A stretch of DNA of 60,530 nucleotides, filler included. It is 3 parts of 3 records of this genome, joined end to end, with 100 filler letters (N's around TTAATTAATTAA, not from the genome) between each part and the next. Parts side by side here need not be neighbours in the genome. Positions count along the whole stretch, not along the records: positions 43,906 to 60,530 come from DRR723986_1760; 2 more parts are not named here. The stretch is one strand, 5' to 3'. The position numbers and the translations under genes are program-made. Positions 58,168 through 60,530 of this stretch are shown piece after piece. A model generated the notes under the pieces. That model did not search any database. It had not been told where the DNA came from and was given only the letters and a program-made list of their open reading frames with translations. The stretch's first letter is position 1. Each line of letters starts with the position of its first letter.

Positions 58168-60429
58168 ATGTATTTTCGCAACTTCATTGTCACTGTCGTA
58201 TTTCTCTTGTGTTTAAGTATTGTGCCGAACGTATTGGCGCAGCCTTCGTTTCAGTTTATGCACAGCAATTTTGCTGCGGCCGCATTCCTGGATGATCAAA
58301 CTGTTTTGCTCGCGGGCGACCGCGGTGTGTTTAATCGCTCGGGTGATGGCGGGCTGACATGGACACTTGAACAAACTGAATTTGTAGACGAGTTACCACA
58401 TGAGATGCTGTTTATTAACAGCCGGCGTGGTTGGGTCGTTGGAGCGGAGGGTCATATTATCACTACGACCGACGGTGGGCAAAATTGGCAGCGCCAGACG
58501 GTGCCGCAGGGTGGAGTCGACCTAAGTGATATCTGCATGAGTCCCGAAGGCAAAGGGCTCTGTGCTGGCGGCCCCCTGCTGTTTTATACAGAAAATTACG
58601 GTGCAGATTGGTCAGTTGTAGCAACACCGACTTCAGCCGCATCGATTGGCTGTGTGGAGTATCTTGGTGACGACCGTTTTGCAGTTGGAATTCAAAATAC
58701 TGCGTGGAATGTTAATCCGGGCACAGCTGCCTGGGAGCAAATAGCATACGAGTTTGAAGGTAATATCGAGACGGTTAATTTTTCTGCAACAACACGCACA
58801 GCCGATGGCAAGATATACGTGGGCGGCACTATGGATGCCCCCAATGAAATTATCCTGTTTTCAGATGATGCCGGAGCGGAGTGGACCACAATCCCGGCCC
58901 CCGGCCATGTGCGTAGAATCGTTGCAAACGGCACAACTGTTGTTGTGGCAGCGACGTCCACAAGTTTATACTATTCAACTGATGGAGCGGAGTGGCAGTT
59001 GGGACAATATCCCGAACCGCGTCCGGGAACGAGTTTAACAGATATTGCTAATGGCGGCCTGGCAATGCGCGGCAATTCCCTAGTTCTGGCGCTCGAAAAT
59101 CATGGCATCAGCCGGACAGGTAATGCAGGGCAGACATGGGAAGCGCTGTCGTACAAAGTACCGACACCAATTGATGTGGGGGCGTTTCAGAGCTCCGGGG
59201 CGGGAGTGGTTACAGGCATAGCCGGTGACTTTTGTGGAACGGCGGATGGTGGCGCTACCTGGACAATTATGCCGGTGGATCCTACCTTCCGAACTGAAGG
59301 TTTTCTTGATGTAGAGTTTAATCCCGCTGCCGGTGGTTTGGCTGCTGGTTTGGGGGCTCCAGCCTACTGGAACCCGCAAACTATGCAGTGGGAGCGGTCT
59401 GAGGTAGAGAAGAATGAGGGCCAGGTAATATACACGCGCGTAGGATTTGGCAGTGAAAATCGCTTCGCTGCAATTGCCAGGTTTCCCTCAACCACAGATC
59501 CGATGGCCTGGGGATTTCTGCGGAACCTTTCGCGCGACGAACCAGTGGGTAAAGAGATGGTATTCGGAATGCATCGCGAAGTTTTTCAGCCGACAGACCT
59601 GGAATACCTCGAAGCCGACAGTTGGATTGTGTGCGGTCTTAATCCTGATATTATGAATTCAAATAGTATGATTGCGCGTACGGACGACGCCGGCCTGTCA
59701 TGGCAGTACACCTCATTTGAAGAGTTGCCCGGGTTTAACTCAATCAGCAAAACCGCAAACAATGAATTTGTAGCCGGTGACATAGAGGGCAAACTGTGGC
59801 ACAGTGCGGACGGCGGCGCTACCTGGAGTTCCGTTGAGCTTAACTGGGATAATCCGGACGAGGTTAATTTTTCGCGAAGCGCTTTCGACGGTGCGCAGAA
59901 CGGCATTGCAGTCGCAAACATTCCGGCAGAGGGAGATGCCGCAAACATCTCTGTCATCTTCTCCAGTGCTGATGCTGGTCGCAGCTGGAATCCTCTGATT
60001 GAGTTTAGGGACTTCATCCTCTTAAAGGCCGAAATATTGGCTGACGGTTCAGCCGTTGTGTACGGTCCGGAATTTCAGGCGCTGCGCATCGATAATGTTG
60101 TGGTTACTTCGGCCGCTGAAAGCCCTGCGGCTGGTGCGGTTAATTCTTCTGCCGGTTTCACAGTTAATATCTCACCAAACCCGGCGCAGGAAATTGCGCA
60201 TGTTAACATCAGGTCTGAAGTCGGTTTTTCGGCTGCGCCTGAGCTACACGTTACCGATGTTCGCGGCCGGGAAGTCTTACATCTGAGTAGTGAAGTCTCG
60301 GGCCTGGTTGGGAGTCGAGAGGCAACACTTGAGCTTCCGGTTCAGAGTCTGGCGTCAGGCTCGTATTTTGTGGATGTAACAATTGGCGCTGAGCGCGTGT
60401 CTGTTCCGCTGGTAATCAGCGGCCGCTAA
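58168..60429 (+). CDS. BNR/YCF48-like beta-propeller protein with T9SS type A C-terminal domain
   Basis: Signal peptide, repeated S/TxDGGxxW Asp-boxes, C-terminal ISPNPA...LASGSYFV. Confidence 0.85.
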   Translation: MYFRNFIVTVVFLLCLSIVPNVLAQPSFQFMHSNFAAAAFLDDQTVLLAGDRGVFNRSGDGGLTWTLEQTEFVDELPHEMLFINSRRGWVVGAEGHIITTTDGGQNWQRQTVPQGGVDLSDICMSPEGKGLCAGGPLLFYTENYGADWSVVATPTSAASIGCVEYLGDDRFAVGIQNTAWNVNPGTAAWEQIAYEFEGNIETVNFSATTRTADGKIYVGGTMDAPNEIILFSDDAGAEWTTIPAPGHVRRIVANGTTVVVAATSTSLYYSTDGAEWQLGQYPEPRPGTSLTDIANGGLAMRGNSLVLALENHGISRTGNAGQTWEALSYKVPTPIDVGAFQSSGAGVVTGIAGDFCGTADGGATWTIMPVDPTFRTEGFLDVEFNPAAGGLAAGLGAPAYWNPQTMQWERSEVEKNEGQVIYTRVGFGSENRFAAIARFPSTTDPMAWGFLRNLSRDEPVGKEMVFGMHREVFQPTDLEYLEADSWIVCGLNPDIMNSNSMIARTDDAGLSWQYTSFEELPGFNSISKTANNEFVAGDIEGKLWHSADGGATWSSVELNWDNPDEVNFSRSAFDGAQNGIAVANIPAEGDAANISVIFSSADAGRSWNPLIEFRDFILLKAEILADGSAVVYGPEFQALRIDNVVVTSAAESPAAGAVNSSAGFTVNISPNPAQEIAHVNIRSEVGFSAAPELHVTDVRGREVLHLSSEVSGLVGSREATLELPVQSLASGSYFVDVTIGAERVSVPLVISGR

Positions 60430-60463
60430 GGCATACATGCATTATTACCAGCCAAATTGACAA

Positions 60464-60499
60464 ATTACAGCCGCGGACGTAGATTGCCGCGGCTGTAAT
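60464..60499 (+). terminator. Hairpin after the T9SS gene
   Basis: attacagccgcgg/ccgcggctgtaat, a perfect 13-bp stem. Confidence 0.65.
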
Positions 60500-60530
60500 C
60501 TCCCCCCCCCCCCCCCCAAAAAAAAAAAAA

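Noticed and set aside
60502..60530. Terminal poly-C/poly-A run
   Set aside because: Homopolymers at a contig end, most likely a sequencing or assembly artefact.

Overview
The window is not one locus. It joins three unrelated contigs with identical 100-nt linkers (N44-TTAATTAATTAA-N44 at 12237-12336 and 43806-43905). Contig A (1-12236) looks planctomycete-like (DUF1501, Tat substrates). It carries an intact REP-associated tyrosine transposase (RAYT) flanked by five GTAG-type REP palindromes, a MtnK-like kinase / Tat-exported ADP-ribosylglycohydrolase / sugar isomerase run, divergent queF-queE, modA, a serine hydrolase and truncated secA. Contig B (12337-43805) is Alphaproteobacteria core genome, probably Roseibium/Labrenzia-like (inference). 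It carries a hybrid kinase, olsB-like acyltransferase, class A PBP, phaZ with an unusual AKP+HhH tail, hemW-rdgB-rph, hrcA, moeB, secB, regBA, an MCP, TetR/RidA, coaA, his genes and two REP-like doublets. Contig C (43906-60530) is an FCB-group bacterium (T9SS cargo). It carries a second RAYT broken by an in-frame TGA, tRNA-Glu, a GluR0-like channel, TrmB-like/DUF2203/2H genes, ybdK, a stand-alone nuoGHI, rplU-rpmA, anmK and a BNR-repeat T9SS protein. The most notable candidates are the planctomycete RAYT/REPIN system with 16-bp GTAG tandem extensions, a twice-repeated unannotated intergenic element in contig C, and the PhaZ with a putative DNA-binding tail. All calls come from motif recognition only; no searches were run.
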